From the NCBI GenBank assembly GCA_016779165.1, contig JADHOE010000003.1:1-60165 (forward strand): a stretch of 60,165 nt of DNA, written 5' to 3'. The notes under the pieces are model-generated. The model did not search any database and was not told the origin of the DNA. It saw only the letters and a program-made list of their open reading frames with translations. How positions within the stretch are numbered: the stretch's first letter is position 1; every line of letters starts with the position of its first letter. Shown here one piece after another: positions 58,770 through 60,165 of the stretch. Origin of the DNA: Candidatus Margulisiibacteriota bacterium (lineage in GTDB: Bacteria > Margulisbacteria > Marinamargulisbacteria > UBA817). The position numbers and the translations under genes are program-made.

Positions 58770-59773
58770 CAATTTAACTCTAAAATAACCAACGAACGAT
58801 CATCCGTTGCTTTTTGATATTGGGTATACAAGTCCACTTCATCAAATAATTGGTGGAGCACGGTCCCAATGGGTTCATGATGAAAGGTTTGTATGGACTG
58901 AATCAAACGATCTTGACCAAAAAGGTCACCATTGGGCCCCTTAGCTTCGGTAATCCCATCGGTATAAAAGTACAACCGGTCTCCTTTTTCCAACTGAATG
59001 GTGTTCTCAACAAATTCCAAATCATCAAACATTCCCAAGAAGGCACCATCCGATTCTAGCTCCATAACGGTTGTTGAGTCGCGTTGAAGCAATGTGTTTG
59101 GATGACCTGCCTTGCAATAATGAAACTCATAGGTGTTAATATTTAACATGCCGTAAAATGCAGTCACATGCGTTACCTGTGAGTTTTCTATGTAACGAAT
59201 TAGGTCACAATTTGCAGCCTGAAGTACTTTTTTTGGTGATGAGTATCGCTTACCAATTTCTGAAAAAAGCCCCGCGCTTAGGGCCATAATCAAAGCGGAT
59301 GAAACGCCATGCCCAGCGACGTCCCCAATAACAATCCCCAAATATTGACTTTCACTTTGAATATATTTCACAATACCAGGCGACCGGTGTTCTGCGGACA
59401 TTTGCTCAAAATCTTTGCAAATAAACGAATAAAAATCGCCACCAATGTTATCGGCCGGAATGCATTTTTTTGCAATGTTTATGCCTTCAATGCTGGGGCT
59501 TTCAACCATTAGCAACGCTTGTTGCACGCGTTTGGCCATTTTCAACTCATTAATCAAACGTGTTTTGGGCAAACTTTCAAGAAAGTTCGCATTAATTTCC
59601 TCGGTTACTTTCTCTTCTTGTTCTTGCAACGACACAATGTACCTGTATATAAAAACAATAAAGAAAAGAAACGTTGCCACTGGGTAAGCAATATTTGGCA
59701 CCCCAATTAATAAAAATGCGATATTTATAATAAAAAAAGCAACAACAACACCAATAATTGAGATCATAATCAA
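58769..59773 (-). CDS. Membrane-anchored SpoIIE/RsbU-family PP2C phosphatase
   Basis: Two TM segments; ELKMAKRVQQALL, IGGDFY, IGDVAGHGVSSAL, FYTDGITEA and DDRSLVIL motifs. Confidence 0.92.
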   Translation of the reverse strand: MIMISIIGVVVAFFIINIAFLLIGVPNIAYPVATFLFFIVFIYRYIVSLQEQEEKVTEEINANFLESLPKTRLINELKMAKRVQQALLMVESPSIEGINIAKKCIPADNIGGDFYSFICKDFEQMSAEHRSPGIVKYIQSESQYLGIVIGDVAGHGVSSALIMALSAGLFSEIGKRYSSPKKVLQAANCDLIRYIENSQVTHVTAFYGMLNINTYEFHYCKAGHPNTLLQRDSTTVMELESDGAFLGMFDDLEFVENTIQLEKGDRLYFYTDGITEAKGPNGDLFGQDRLIQSIQTFHHEPIGTVLHQLFDEVDLYTQYQKATDDRSLVILELN

Positions 59774-59822
59774 AAGTATACCAAATGCTGGTGAAGTTTG
59801 AGTGATGTTTTTATGCGTTTAT

Positions 59823-59842
59823 AAAAATGTGATTAATCACAT
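59823..59842 (-). terminator. Probable intrinsic terminator after tRNA-Cys
   Basis: Perfect 16-bp palindrome ATGTGATTAATCACAT (59827-59842), followed on the minus strand by TTTT. Confidence 0.5.
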
Positions 59843-59848
59843 GCATAT

Positions 59849-59922
<74 letters not shown>

Positions 59923-60047
59923 ATGTGTTTTATTTTAAATTGTTTAGTAAAGTCTTACAATAGGCGCCAAATGAATGCCAATTGGCAATACAAGACATCT
60001 TTTGATTCAACCAAATTCAACCTCACCCTGGGGGCATTCACCGCCAA

Positions 60048-60165
60048 CTACACCTGAAAAATCCGCAGTTTGGCTGACTTTTCCCTAGGATTTTTCTTGC
60101 ATTCTGCATAGGTTGATTGAAGCGGCTTTTTTGTGATTTTGGTTAATTGATTCGCTTTTACAAAT
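60048..60165 (-). CDS. rsmH: C-terminal end of 16S rRNA m4C1402 methyltransferase (partial; absent from the ORF track)
   Basis: Manual translation FVKANQLTKITKKPLQSTYAECKKNPREKSAKLRIFQV* matches the RsmH/MraW C-terminal ITKKP...E...NPR.RSAKLR pattern. Confidence 0.85.
   Translation of the reverse strand, partial: FVKANQLTKITKKPLQSTYAECKKNPREKSAKLRIFQV

Noticed and set aside
59827-59842. CRP-like site TGTGA...TCACA
   Set aside because: The spacer is 4 nt rather than 6, and the position just after tRNA-Cys with a following T-run fits a terminator better.

Overview
A 60-kb stretch of gene-dense bacterial chromosome from a diderm (lpxB), probably aerobic, light-exposed organism (sdhCAB, mdh, hemJ, two photolyase/cryptochrome genes). 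A marine lineage such as Ca. Margulisbacteria is my guess only. Most genes are housekeeping: partial glyQ, queD, hisI, rpmB, phoBR, serC, aspS, mdh-sdhCAB, mnmA, purB, nadE, a U32 pair, hemJ, lpxB, def, dcd, tRNA-Cys and partial rsmH. I see no CRISPR array, transposase, integrase, or phage capsid/terminase genes. The standout is a 12.5-kb locus (31244-43796) between mnmA and purB. It holds a TPR/GT41 (SPINDLY/HMW1C-like) protein glycosyltransferase transcribed divergently from two tandem paralogous giant proteins (1655 and 1787 aa). Both giants have signal peptides and are built from phage-tail-fibre-like motifs, a 10-residue repeat shaft and a shared C-terminal domain, which suggests a glycosylated surface-fibre system. 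Other leads: a transmembrane segment fused in frame to a histone-H1-like repeat protein with its own internal RBS, a structured 290-nt gap between convergent genes (candidate ncRNA), a triple-zinc-ribbon DEDDh exonuclease, a degenerate FdhD coupled to a PP2C phosphatase, a minimal CX3CX2C protein, and a PorV/PorQ-like barrel with an operator-like palindrome. All family calls come from motif recognition by eye; no database searches were run.
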